Part shown: positions 25,343 through 38,313 of the stretch, piece by piece
Position numbering within the stretch: the first letter of the stretch is position 1
Layout of the letters: each line of letters begins with the position of its first letter
Assembly (NCBI GenBank): GCA_951406725.2
Contig: OX597814.1
Location: forward strand, 83,452,001 to 83,516,000
Origin: Octopus vulgaris
Taxonomy: Eukaryota
Direction of reading: 5' to 3'
Length of the DNA: 64,000 nt
Made by a program: the position numbers and the translations under genes
Notes under the pieces: generated by a model
What the model was told of the DNA's origin: nothing
The model's input: only the letters and a program-made list of their open reading frames with translations
Databases searched by the model: none

Positions 25343-28300
25343 GGTCACTTAGGCTCTCGTAAGTTCTATTGGTAACATGGAATCCCGTACAACCTGTTGC
25401 ATGGTCGGGTTGTTAGCGACTAAACCAGCACCCCTGCCAGGCTACCTTGATGAGGAGAGTTGCTAGAAACCCAGCAGGATTAAAAACAAGACCTGTTGAA
25501 AAGTCGGATGAACCTAATGCAGGCTCAATGGCTATCTAGCAATAGCACAGGTATGCAAAAATTCCAGGATGGTGCCCAGCATGCTAGAAGACCACTGGGA
25601 GTGAGGCACTCCTCAGCTTCTGTTGAAGCATGTTTCTAGAAGGTCACTCTGATATAAAACTAGATATGCAGGGAATGGCATTTGACATTTTGGGGATATT
25701 TGGTTTGTGCTAGAAATCATGGCGCTCCCACATCCCTGAACCTGCAACGCATATTGGCACCAGACATCTCACTCTGGCTTGTCTCTGGATAATGTCAATA
25801 GAGTGGAGAGAGTCTATGCACTGTCATGCAAGTTTATTGGACCTAAAACTCTGCACAGGCATTGCTGACCTCTGCTTGATATGTGCTGCTTCCCCCTCCC
25901 CATATATATATTTATTTTATTTTCAGTATATTTGTATCTTTATTTTTAGTATATATTTATTTATTTTTAGTATGTATTTATTTTATCATTATTCGGAAGT
26001 CCTGTGGTGATGGGAAGATGGTGAAGCATGCAAACATGACAGCTTGGAAGCATGTAGTCAGCGAGCTGCACATAGGCGGCCCATACTAGATATAAAGTTG
26101 TCTCTTTGTCTACCAGATAGCAATAGGATTTGGTTGCTGTGTGGGTGTCTGAGCAGCTCCATTTGGTGAGGGGATGAGGGGACTGCTCAACTGGAGGCTA
26201 GGGAGGTTCTAGAAAAAGCGGACGAAAAATTGCCTGTCTTTCTATATATGGTCAGTTTAGTGTGACTGATGGATGTCCACCCTGTGCTCAAAAAGCAAAG
26301 AAACTTTTTTTTTACAAAATCTGTATGGAACTCGAACATTTCATGTTGGAATGTGTGCACTCTGTTGGATAACAGAGTTGACTGTAGGCCTCAAAGACTC
26401 ACTGCACTTGTTTCTCGCGAGCTGAACCATTATAATATTGATATAGCTGCACTTTCAGAGACTAGTATGAAAGGTGATGGTCAGCTTGAGGAAGTAGGTG
26501 GTGGATACACCTTTTTTGGAAGGACGAGTGCAGAGGCTGGTGTTGGCTTTGCAGTTTGATATCCTTAAGAAGTTAGAGGAGTTTCCTGTTCCTATAAATG
26601 AACATCTAATGACTTTACAATTGCACCTGAAAGGTGGGTGGTTTGCTACTCTAGTAAGAGCCTATGCACCTACTTTGACTAGTTGTGATAAAGATAAAAC
26701 TATTTTTCATACCCAGCTGAGAGCTATACTTCAGAAAATCCCCAATTCTAGTAAAGTCATTCTACTGGGAGATTTCAATGCCAGGGTTGGAACAGACTGG
26801 CAAACATGGAACCCTCTAGGACGTTTTGATATAGGGAAAATGAAGAGCAGTGGTCTCATGCTGCTCGAGCTTTGCAATGAACATGGACTTTACATCACAA
26901 GCACTCATTTTATGCACAAAGGTGATCACACAACAACATAGATGCATCACAGGTCTAAAGATTGGCACTTGCTGGATTATGACATCATCTGCAAGTGTGA
27001 CATCTATGACATTTGTAATGTCAAGTCCTTTTATGGATCAGAATGCTGAACAGACCACTGTCTGGTGCAAGCAAAGTTCCAGATGATGATTAGAGTGAAA
27101 GAGAGAAGAGAGCCAGTTTGCATTCCTCGGTGTCTGAATGCCCACAAGATATATGATACTGTGTTGAGAAAGGAGTGTCAGACTCACTTGTCCAGCATTA
27201 AGAATACTACAGTATGGGATGATTTTCGAGACCAGGTTCTTCAATATGCTGCTGAAACACTGGGATATGCTACTGCCAGACACACAGACTGGTTTGATGA
27301 AAATGATGTTGAAGTTCAGTGACTATTGGTTGTAAAGCACCATGTCCACAGTGTACTGCTGCACAGGGGACTTTCAGTTGTGTAGAAAAATCTAGCACTT
27401 GCTCACTATAGCAGTGTAAAATCACTACTGCAGCAAACTCTCAGGAAGATGCAGAACACTTGGTGGGAGGATCTTGCTTGTGATGTTCAGGCTGCTGATG
27501 ATGTACATGACAGCAAGAAGCTTTACCATCTTATGAAGAAAGTTTATGGGCCTAAGAGCTCTGTATCAGCTCCTTTTTCCAAAGAGTCTTCTACTCTATT
27601 TACTAAATCAACAGAAATCACAGGTCACTGGATTGAACACTTCTCTGAACTCCTGAACCATGAGTCAGTTGTGGGTGAAACAGTGATTGATACTATGCAA
27701 CAAAGACCTATCATTGGCTCCTTAAATTCCATGCCCTCAATAGATGAGGTAATGACAGCAATAAGTAAATTGAATCTTAGGGCACCTGGAAAGGGTGGAA
27801 TTTGTGTTGAGGTCTTGTGATTTGGTGGTGATTACATCAAACAATCCCTTCATGAACTTATTGGTGTAGTCTAGAGGGATGGTGCAGTGCCTAAGGACTG
27901 GAAGGATGCAATTATTCTTCCTCTCTAAAAAGAAAAAGGAGCCAGAAAAATATGTGGCAACTATAGAAGTATTGCTCTACTATCAGCTGGTGGCAAGGTT
28001 CTGGCAAATATTCTTCTTACCCACCTGAATGAGTGTCTCATAAATGATGTCTTATCTGAATCTCAATGTGGCTTTCGATCTGGTAGAGGGACAATGGGTA
28101 TGATTTTCACAGCAAGACAGATGCAAGAGAAGTGCTATGAGCAGAATATGGATCTTATCCAGGTATTCATTGATTTAACCAAGGCCTTTGATATTGTGAA
28201 TAAGGCCTTGCTATAGATGTCCGGATCGCTTTGTATCTATAATGAAATCATTTCATGAGGGGATGGAGGCTTGGGTTAATGTTGGTGGTGACATGGCATG

Positions 28301-29490
28301 ACCTATTCCAGTAGAGAATGGTGACATCCTTGCTCCAGCTCTCTTTTCTTTGTGCTTTACTGCTGCTTTTACTCATGCTTTTGCTAAGGTTAGCTCTCTG
28401 GGAATATATGTCAGGTATCGATCTTCTGGCTGCCTCTTTAATCTGCGCCGATTTACTGCCAATTCAAAAGTTTTTGAGTCTCTTATTCATGACCTCCTTT
28501 ATGCAGATGACTGTGACTTAGTTACTCATACAGTGGATGACATGCAAATGAATTGTAGTTCTACTTCTTGCAAGGTATTTGGACTCGGCATTAGCCTGGA
28601 CAAGACTGTGGTAACATTCCAGCCTGCACCAGGAAATCTATATGTGGAACCAGCTATCTTGGTTGAAGGAATGATACTAAAAATGGTAGATGAGTTTGTC
28701 TACTCAGGCAGCACACTCAGCTATTCTTGCTGCCTGGATGATGAAATATCTTTCAGGCTGCAGAGAGCAACTGATTCCTTCCAGTCTCTCAACTCTCATG
28801 TCTGGTCTCAGCATGGCATCACTAAGCAAACAAAAATTGCTGTGTACTGACATCACTCCTTTACTCATGTGAGACATGGACCCTTTACAAATGTCATGTA
28901 ATGGTCCGTGAATGCTTTCATCAGAGATGTCTGAGACACATTCTGAATGTTGGCTGGACCTTAAGAACTCCAGACACACAGGTCCTAAGGAAAGCTGATA
29001 TCTTGAGTATTGAGGCAATGGTGCACAAGCACTGGTTACATTGGACTGGACACCTTATGAGAAAAAAGAATAGCAGGATCCCTAAACAGATGCTATATAG
29101 GGAACCTGTTAGTGGAAAGAGACCCTGACAGAAACCAAGGCTGCAATTTAAGGACTGTATCAAGTCCTCATTAAAGGCCTGTGATATGCAGGAGACTGAC
29201 TGGGAGAGCAATGCCTGTCATCACCACAGATGGAGTAAGCAGGCTAAGGAGGGGGGTCAACACCTGTGACAGAGCATGTGTTCTGCATGAAGAATTTAAA
29301 CATGCTGCTCGAAAGCACACTGCTAGTGTAGTGAATGGGGAAAGCTCAGTTTGCAATGTTTGCAGTCATGTATGCTTGTCAAGAGCAGGGCTCATTGGCC
29401 ACCAACTGAGCCACAAATGCAAAATATAAGTTAATCCTAGAGCACACAATGTTCCTAAAGGTTAGCAATGGTCTTCCTTGGCCATCATCA
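25343..29490 (+). mobile_element. Near full-length RTE-clade LINE (BovB/AviRTE-like), pseudogenised: 5' UTR, APE endonuclease, RT, C-terminal C2H2 finger
   Basis: WNVCTLLD, TALVSRELNHYNIDIAALSET, YAPT, GDFNARVG, NYRSIALLS, ESQCGFRSGRGT, FIDLTKAFD, LLYADD, FHQRCLRHIL, SRIPKQMLY and CNVCSHVCLSRAGLIGHQLSH; many stops and frameshifts. 5' boundary approximate. Confidence 0.93.
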
Positions 29491-29492
29491 TA

Positions 29493-31199
29493 TTATGGGA
29501 TGTCAAAACACAACCATTTTTAAAGAACCTTAATGCCACAGTATACACAGTGTTTCAAATAGTATTTTAAATAAAACTTGCAGTATCGCCCGGCGTTGCT
29601 CGGGTTTGTAATGGAAATAACTATATAAGCATTTTTAGATAGTTATAGCCAAAAAATAGCAAAAAATGCATTAAAAATGGAAAAAAAATTATGGTAAATG
29701 TTTTTTAAAATCGTTGACACATCGTAGACATTTTTAGAGAGTTACTTCCCTTATATAATAGCAAAAAATGCATTAAAATGCAAAAAAATTATGATAAATT
29801 TTTTTTTAAATCGTAGACTCATCGTAGACGCGCGCTAATACCCAGAAGGGCTTGATATGAATCACGACTATAAGATACTTGGTTAAACTGCACCGCAATA
29901 TGTGGGAGTAGTTAGGAATCTAAATCGTAGGAGACAGACACACAACTTCACTTTTATATATAAAGATATATGAAAACTAGGGTTATGTGACACCCCCCCA
30001 CCCGTACCCCTTGCATACACCCACCATAATTAAATACACTAATTTTCTCCAACATGGTAAAATTATAACTTTTCAATATGCGTTAAATGATTTTTTTTTT
30101 TAGAAAATTTATACATTTGTTAAATGATTTTCTTTTGTTTTTCAGATTATTTCAGAGCTAAATTGTATTATAACTTTACAAAAATACCTATATAAATTTA
30201 AACTGTAATAATTTAAGTATATAAAATTATATAATGGCAACTAGAAGTAAAAGCTATAATTCAGCATTTAGATTACACAAGAAAACATGAAGAACATATA
30301 TCAAAAGCTACAGTGAAAGAATACTACCAGATTGTTGCTGCAGATGTGTAAACAATAAGGGACAAATTTTCTTTTCCTTATATTGGGTTTGAGGGAATAG
30401 CTCGAAAAATTGAGAGATTGATTGAATCTGCTTATAAATTAAACAAAATACCTATAAAGCAAAGAGGAGATAGTTTTGATTAAAAAATTAGAGGAGTTCA
30501 ATGAAATGTTTGATACATGCACCTGCATGTGTTATGACAAACAAATAAAAAGATTTGACTGTCATAGCCAATGCCTCTTCCTTGTCATAGCCAAGAAGTC
30601 AAGCATGCTATCAATTTAGTGACAAAAGCTTTTGAAGTCAGAGTAGGCTATGAAAATAGGCACAAATTCATATTAGATGTACAGAAATCAAGACAAAGGC
30701 CACCTCACTTTGACTAGAAAAAACAATTGGCCATTTAATTAAATAGTAAATACTATTAATGCTTATTTTATGGTGTTCACTGTTTATGTATTTCATTTGC
30801 ACTTCGTGCATATTTTTTTTATTGCATATCATAAATAGTCATTAAGAATTATGTTGAAAGTGCTTTTCTGAATATAGGCATTTTTTATTTTTAAAAAATA
30901 ATAATACAAACTATATAAATAAATAAATAAAGATTCCAATAACTATTTTTTTTCAGGTGGTGGGTGGGGGTTGCATATAATTTATAAAATGTTATATAGG
31001 TAATATTTAACCAATACAAAGTTGATAGCATTAAAACAAGTTTACATTTTCAGTATTTAAAATGCAGAATTAGGGGGTGGTTATGCAAGGGATAGGGGTG
31101 GTTGCATACTTTTTAAAATTTGTTAATTTAGTTCTCACACCAAAATGAACTCCAAGCAATATGTAGAATCAAAATATAAAATGTCAACCCCCACCCCAA
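29493..31199 (+). mobile_element. Internally deleted hAT-superfamily (hATm-like) DNA transposon
   Basis: Subterminal inverted repeats (about 29997-30032 vs 31068-31101). Remnants IARKIERLIE, MFDTCTCMC and LPCHSQEVKHAINLVTKA resemble LFDI..CKC and PCHTQAVER..KLVTEA motifs (family assignment recalled, not searched). Confidence 0.55.
29577..29966 (-). mobile_element. Non-autonomous Helitron (Lep1-like architecture) nested in the hAT relic
   Basis: Minus strand starts A^TCtttatatataaaag with gtctgtct, ends with hairpin cccgagcaacgccggg then CAAG^T (canonical CTAG); CpG-rich; internal ~75-bp duplication. Confidence 0.75.
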
Positions 31200-31227
31200 T
31201 GTATATGTACGTATGTGTATGTATGTA

Positions 31228-31281
<54 letters not shown>

Positions 31282-31329
31282 TCCTCATATATATATCCTC
31301 ATATAGACATCCTCATATATATATATATA

Positions 31330-32212
31330 TAGACATCCTCATCAAGAAATTTGAGGAGAGGGAGGAGGAGCTACAGACATCCGACATAGAAGGTAGCTGG
31401 AAATTCCTATGGGACAGCTTGCTGAGTGCCACAGACCAAGTCTGTGGATGGTGCAAAGTTACGTAGTGGGGGAATAGTACAGTAGAAAAAACCATTATAG
31501 CAAAGAAACAGGCCTGGAAAACCTGGAAGGTTGGGGTTAGCAGGGAAATGTACCAGGTAGCCAAAAGGGAGGCTGGGTGGCAGGTATACATAGCCAAGAG
31601 CGAAGCGGAAAAGAAGTTTGCCAATGTCCAACAATGTAAGGACCAAAGAACTGAAGTATTTCGGATTGCAAGACAGTATGTGAGAGAAATTGTGATGTCA
31701 CAGGAGAGAAATGTGTTCGCATGGATGATGGTGCACTTGCTTTTAATGATTCTGAAAAGAAAGAGGCTTAGAGATGCCATTATGAAAGACTGCTGAATGT
31801 AGAGAATGAATGGGAGGAGGAGAGCCTGCTAAATGTTGACCCAGTAGAGAGACCAGCTACACGAATAGACAGCTCCCTAGTAGATAAAGCAATTAAGGGT
31901 ATGAAGCCAGGAAAAGCCCCTGGCCCATCAAGAATCACTGCTGAGATGCTTAAAGCATCTAGTGATGTGGGCTATGGCCTAGTCACCTGCATGCCAGTGG
32001 CACGTAAAAAGCACCAGCCGATGTTGGCTGTTGCCAGCCTCCTCTGGCCCCTGTTCGATGGCACATAAAAAGCACTCACTACACACATGGAGTAGTTGAT
32101 GTTAGGAAGGGCATCCAGCTGTAGAAACACTGCCAGATCAGACCCCAGTCAAACCGTCCAACCCATGCTAGCATGGAAAACGGATGTTAAGCGATGATGA
32201 TGATGAAGATGA
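31330..32212 (+). mobile_element. RTE LINE fragment (endonuclease-RT linker) joined by internal deletion to its 3' UTR
   Basis: AKKQAWKTWK, VFRIARQ, HYERLLNVENEW, AIKGMKPGKAPGPS motifs, then the shared 3' UTR and (GAT)n. Confidence 0.85.
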
Positions 32213-32652
32213 TATAGATATATATGAAATTGATAGAAGAATAAAGAAAATATAGAGTAAGATGTGTAAAGAAAAATGAAAGTGAAAACAAGAAGGTAGA
32301 AAAAAGACAATTGAAATACGTAAGCAAGTGGAATAGAAGCAAGGTCAATACACAGGGATACACATACAAACATAGACAAGTAATGCAGCCACCCACTCTT
32401 GTGTGTGTGTCTACGTGAGTATGTAAATCCATTCCACTTGCTCAGGTATTTCTATTGTTTCGAGTGTCTTCCATCTCATTCTGAATTTCATTTTTTTCTT
32501 TTTTTCCCTTTTCTGTATCTTCTGTATTTTTCTTTATACTATTTTATCTCAACTCTCTCTCTCTTTCTCTCTCACATACACATACTTCCATACACGCATG
32601 TGTGAGCATGTACATGGATATACATATGTATGTGTATATAGAGTATGAGTCA

Positions 32653-32693
<41 letters not shown>

Positions 32694-33784
32694 CATGCAT
32701 AGACAGATAGATTGTTAGATTGATTCATTGATTAATTGATTGATTCTGTCTTTGTTTCGACCTCTTTCACTTTGTGTTTTTTCATCTGTGTGTCTGTGTG
32801 TGTGTGTCCATGTCTGTTAACATACCAACAGCTGGTCTGTGTTTCTTTGTCCACATTCATTTCCCCCACCTTTCTCTTTTGCAATACTCTCTCTGTTTCT
32901 GCCCTCGGCCCCCCTACTATCTTCATCACATCTACTTTGACCTTCTCCCTCACCATAAGCACCAGCACTAAATAACCCACTTACCCTACTCAAACCATCT
33001 TTTGTCAGCTCTCCACTTAACTTACTGATATTAACTAATCAATCCTCAATAACCAATCATGCATCACTATTACTGCTAGCTTCTATAAATACTTACCCTA
33101 CTCAAAACATCTTTAACACTATGTGTCCTGCCCACTTACTCCACTACTGCACTCTGTTATTTCTGTCTTCATCTGTTCTCTGCCTCTGTATCTATCCTTC
33201 TACCTGGTTCCCTATTTAACCAACTGAACTACATCATTTCATTCAGTCCCTCATTAAGCCCTAGAATAAACCAAAATATATTTTGCCAGATTCATGGTTA
33301 TTGATTAACTATCTTGACTCTCAGACTTCTAGCTTTGAGTACTGCATTCTATGTAGCCTGACAATTTTCCTTTGAATCACTTTCTCGTGTGTGTGATAAT
33401 GCTGTTGATGGATTCTCCTTCGTAAAGGAAACACCTAGTTATTTAATTAATTGAAGTGGTAGATGACCAATCTATTTATATGTATATTCTTAATGTAATT
33501 CTCAAATAGAACCAACTTGACAGTGTGACAGAGTTAGACTATTGAATTACTGATACAGTTCATCCAACAAGCTTCTACATAGTTTCCTTCTAATCAGCTG
33601 TACTCACTGAATTTAGGTTGAGCCATAGCAATGTTAAAAGACACTTGCCCAATATGCCATGCAATAGGATTGCACCAAGGACATCATGATTACAGAATAA
33701 ACTTCTCAACCCCTCAGCTGCATGTTCTTTTATTAATTTCATAGGTTTAGTTAATCACATCAGTATTTCAGTCTAATCTTTATC

Positions 33785-34142
33785 TTGGACTTATTTCAGT
33801 CTTTAGGTAGCAGTCATACTGGGGCACTGCCTTGAAGAATTTTTAGTCAGATGACTCACCCCCAGTACACCAACACCAGTTGTCATGCAGAGGTGGTGGA
33901 AGACAAACAAACTAACAAACACACACATACACATATACATTCATTCATACATATATGTGTATTTATATATACATACATACATACAATGGGTTTCTTTTAG
34001 TTCCCATCTACCAAATCCACTCTCAAGGCTTTGGTCAACCCAAAGCTATAGGAGAAGACACTTGCCCATGGTGCCATACAATGGGACTGAACCCTGGAAC
34101 CATATAGTTGGGAAACAAGCTTCTTGTCACACAGTCACACCT
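33785..34142 (-). mobile_element. tRNA-derived SINE
   Basis: Similar to 12745-13169. Confidence 0.7.
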
Positions 34143-37100
34143 AATACTTATTTTATCAATCTATATTCATTTAACTATTAAGTTATGGGGCATAAAGAGA
34201 TATAACCAACACTGGCACACACATAAAGGAAGAAGACACATACCCACACAAGTTTCAGCACAGTTTCCAGCTGCCAAATTCCACTTCCAAGTTATTGCAT
34301 AAAATATATATGAAGCATTGTGAATTTGAATATAAAAGCACTGTGACAGAGCCACGAGTTTGATGTGACTGTACATTCCTTCCTCATCTGACTCTTAATC
34401 CTGAGAAAGCTGACAATATTGTTGTGCATTAATACGAATACTATGGCAATGACACATTTTTCTTTTAAGATATTTTGAGCTTAAAGCAACTGTTCATGAT
34501 GAAAAAAATTAATGCAGATTTCAAATAATTTTCCAATTCATTTTGGTCAGAATGGATCGCAAGCCACAAATCAGTGTTCAGGAGAACTTAGATTTACTGA
34601 ATAAAAATAGGTATCAACTTTTTTGCTGACCAAAATATTTTGATGAGAAGGTCATGTCATATAGTTGAGGGTTGTTAGTATCAGCAGTAATTAACAAGTC
34701 AGCAAATCAAGATTGTTCAGTTATTCCTGTCTGGTTTGTTTGTTTTTTATTCTCTGCTGCTTTCTCCCCATCTCAAGCTCACCCTTTTTTGTCTTGGTCT
34801 TAGTTGTAAACTGTCTGATCCAATTATTTTCTCAGTAGCTCAGCAAGATATGTGTCTTGTAATTCTTTTTTTTTTTAATGAGAAAGTGTGCAAGTAGCAG
34901 TTTGAATATGAATTTTAATTTTTAAAAAACTATGACAATGCAAGTATTAGTTATAAAATAAATTTCAAATTCATGCAGGTATAGCTAGCTGGTTAAAAAG
35001 TTTGCTTTGCAAGCATGTAATTTCAGGTGTAGTCCCATTGTGCAGTATTTTTGGCAATCATCTATATTGCTTCAGGCCAGCCAATACCTTCTGAATAAAT
35101 CTGATAGACAGAAACTGTTTGTGTATATGTGGAGTGAGAGTGGGGACTGTGTCAATCCTTACATTCTGTGGTGTTTTCTGTCTGCTGGCTCTGTGCTTTT
35201 GAAGATAAAGGGAATGAAAATTCCATTTCTTGAAACACAGGTGAGGATTTATGACAAGAAGAGCATCCAGCTGGGTAAAGAATGCCTCAACAATATGTAT
35301 TAGTCTAACCCATGCTAACATGAAGAAAATGGACATAAAATAATCAGATGAATATTTCATGAAACAACAGTTCAGGAAAGCTTACATTTGCTGATCAAGA
35401 ACCTGTATCAACTTCCTCAAAATCTTCACGTGCCAAACACAGTTTATTCTGCCAAAAATGAATTCCACAATTTATGTCAACTCTATTCTAATCCCCAGTT
35501 TTACCCTGAGTAGGAACTTCAAGCTTGAAATATTGTAAGAAAAAAAGTATATATGAATTATTTTATTTTAAAAGATCTGCATTGTCTGCTTTTATATACT
35601 CACACAATTTCATAGCCCCTTGCTAACCAAAGTCATATGAGTGAATTTGGTTGATAGAAACTGAAAAAAGCTTTAAGTATCCTTGCCTAATATTATGAAT
35701 AGTTGTCAATATCACCGTCAGACAAGTGATGTCTTTTGCTTGCATTCTTCCATGAAAACATTTCTAACAAAGAAAGGTTATACAGACTAAAGACTGTTTT
35801 ACTTTCTTGAAAACTGGTGATGGTTGGCAACAGGAAAAGCATCCAGCTGTAGGAAATCTGCCTCAGTGAATTTTGTCTATACTTATTTTGTTGGATGTGT
35901 ATAGAGTAGTATTTGTTTTAGTAACTGCGAATTTGAATTCTGAAAAGCTTTATTTTGTGTGCTGTCTTTTTTTACTGAAACTTGTTCCTTTTGGCTTTTT
36001 GAAATTGGTAGAAGTCTTTTTACTTTCTTCATTGATGTGTACATGTGTTGCCATGATAATTACTAAGTAGTCTTTGGAGTATTCTTTACCAAGTGTTTGT
36101 GGCAACGAGTGGTATGGGAAAGATGATGATGATGTCTAAAGAGTTGTAAAAGGTTTGGTGAAGTGTGTGTGTTGGTGTGGACTGTTTACACTGTAAAAGT
36201 TTTTAGTTGTGACACTATTCCTTTACCCCTTGCATTATCTGTACTGATTGAAAGCCAAGATGTGATGCTTGCATTAAAGTCTCTGCCAATTATGGTTCTT
36301 TGAGAAAGTGCTAAAACATTGTTAAGTTGGATTTTGTAGCCTGGTGGAGTGGCCAGTAAAGTTAAAGTAGTGTGTGCGTTTATATTAATGTGCTTTGTGC
36401 TGCAGGTTTATTTGTTTTTATTTCGAAAGTCTGCTTTTTTAATGTGGTATTATCTCTTATTAGTTTACAAATGCAAATTTTACATATATTATGAGGCTTC
36501 CAACATTATAATAGGGTCTGTCTTATCTAATCTAGGTGTAATTATTGATATATGTTGTTTTGTATTGAAGAAGTAAAAATATTCCTAGAATATTTTGTGA
36601 AGTGTGATGATAAAACCTCAAAGTTCCATAAAGGTATTTATTTTTAATGCAGTTAATGTTGTATTGCAAAATTGCCTCGGGTTTTTAAATTTTAATTTTG
36701 GTGTGAAGTGGGTTTTTTTTTTTTTTCTACTAATTATTTTTCTGTGTAGGCCTGTGAAGTTAGTGAGGGAGATAAAGAGGGGCTGCTTGTTTTTATTTTT
36801 ATTGTCATTGCAGTTGTTTTTGCACTGGTGTATATTTTTGTAGTGTTTTCAATTGTGAGTATTTTGGGAAACACTTCACTATATAGGGATTTTAAACCAT
36901 ATTTCATTACTCACAAGTGGTGCTTACATATAGAAAGAAAAATTTTTGAACAAACTTACACCACTTGACCAGATTTTAAGGTGTGAACATTATGTCTTCT
37001 TTTCTGCATAGTGTATTCAGGATTATTCTTTCTGGTATGTTCTACCATTTTAAAGGTGGTAGGTTAATAATTGAAGACGATTTCACTTGCTATAAATAAC

Positions 37101-38121
37101 AGACCCAGTGACTGTGTAGAGGCTTCTTCCTTGTCTCTTCATGGATGGAATGGCTTCTGTTGGCACACTTGTTTTTACCAATGAATGCCTTTCCTACTCC
37201 TGAACATTTAACCATAAATTAAGAGAAGATCTTTAAGTTGAACAAATGGAGTAAGAGTTTTGTATCTTGCAATAATGACTGTAATAAGATTTGAACTCGT
37301 GATTGCATGATCAGTTATCCATCACTTTAATTTTACAGCTATTAGTGCTTCTTACAACCATTCTGTTTCATATGATCATTGTATATATGAGAAAAGTGTA
37401 TAATATGAATCCTATAGCTATTATACAAACAATATAAACTTCAAAACAGTAATTCGTAAGGTCAAAGGCTACAGGTGTACACATTACTCTTTAAACATTA
37501 TGGCAATTTACATCACTGTATAGATCACAGTGGCACACATCACTTGAATAAAATAGCTTTGATCACTTAGGAACTTCTGTGAAAAATAACTGTGAAAATA
37601 ATATCTTCTTATTTCTACCTGCTCAAAATCACTTCAGAATAATTTTCCAGAAACATGTTTTAAGAATAATAAACCTTCAAAATAGACAGCCAAATTGACA
37701 GAAAATTTAATGGAGGAAATTTATCTTCATAAGATAATTTAAATGAATATAAGTTTTATTATGTTTTCATGTGTAAAAAATAAAGTATCCGTATATTTTT
37801 TTAGATAATTTATTCTTCAAATAAATTGTCTCATTTTTTTACATTAGTGAATTTCAAAAACATAAAACTATAAATTTAGTTATTTAGATTTAAAATGATA
37901 CATTCTAGAATTGTAGTAAGAAAAAAAAACCCATCAGATTCAGAATGTAATCTATTGTATAATGCTTTCCTTTTACTAGTTTTGTTATTTTAGACACAAA
38001 TTGTCTTATCTTGAGGTATAAATACAACTTTTGCTGTATAATAAAATCTTGAAACCTAGAGAGTGTAAACAAAAAACATTCTCCTACTCCCTGTTGCTTC
38101 TCTAAAACACATAAACGCATA

Positions 38122-38313
38122 CAGGGGGTGCTGAAAGGTTCTTAGCTTTGGGTAATAGATAAAAGAAAAAGAGGATCAGTTAATTATGATTTTATTCAAC
38201 ATATTCTCCTCTCAGATTCACACACTTATTGCAGTGGTCCTTTTCTAAGCCCTATAAAATAACACAGGCCTTTCACAATACCCTTAAAGCCAGGAACTTT
38301 TCAGCACTCCCTC
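38122..38313. mobile_element. Tc1/mariner-derived MITE
   Basis: TIRs cagggggtgctgaaaggttcttagcttt / aaagccaggaacttttcagcactccct, preceded by TA. Confidence 0.75.

Noticed and set aside
35873-36900. Hydrophobic ORFs or a possible Penelope ORF relic
   Set aside because: T-rich compositional bias; no RT or GIY-YIG motif could be read convincingly.
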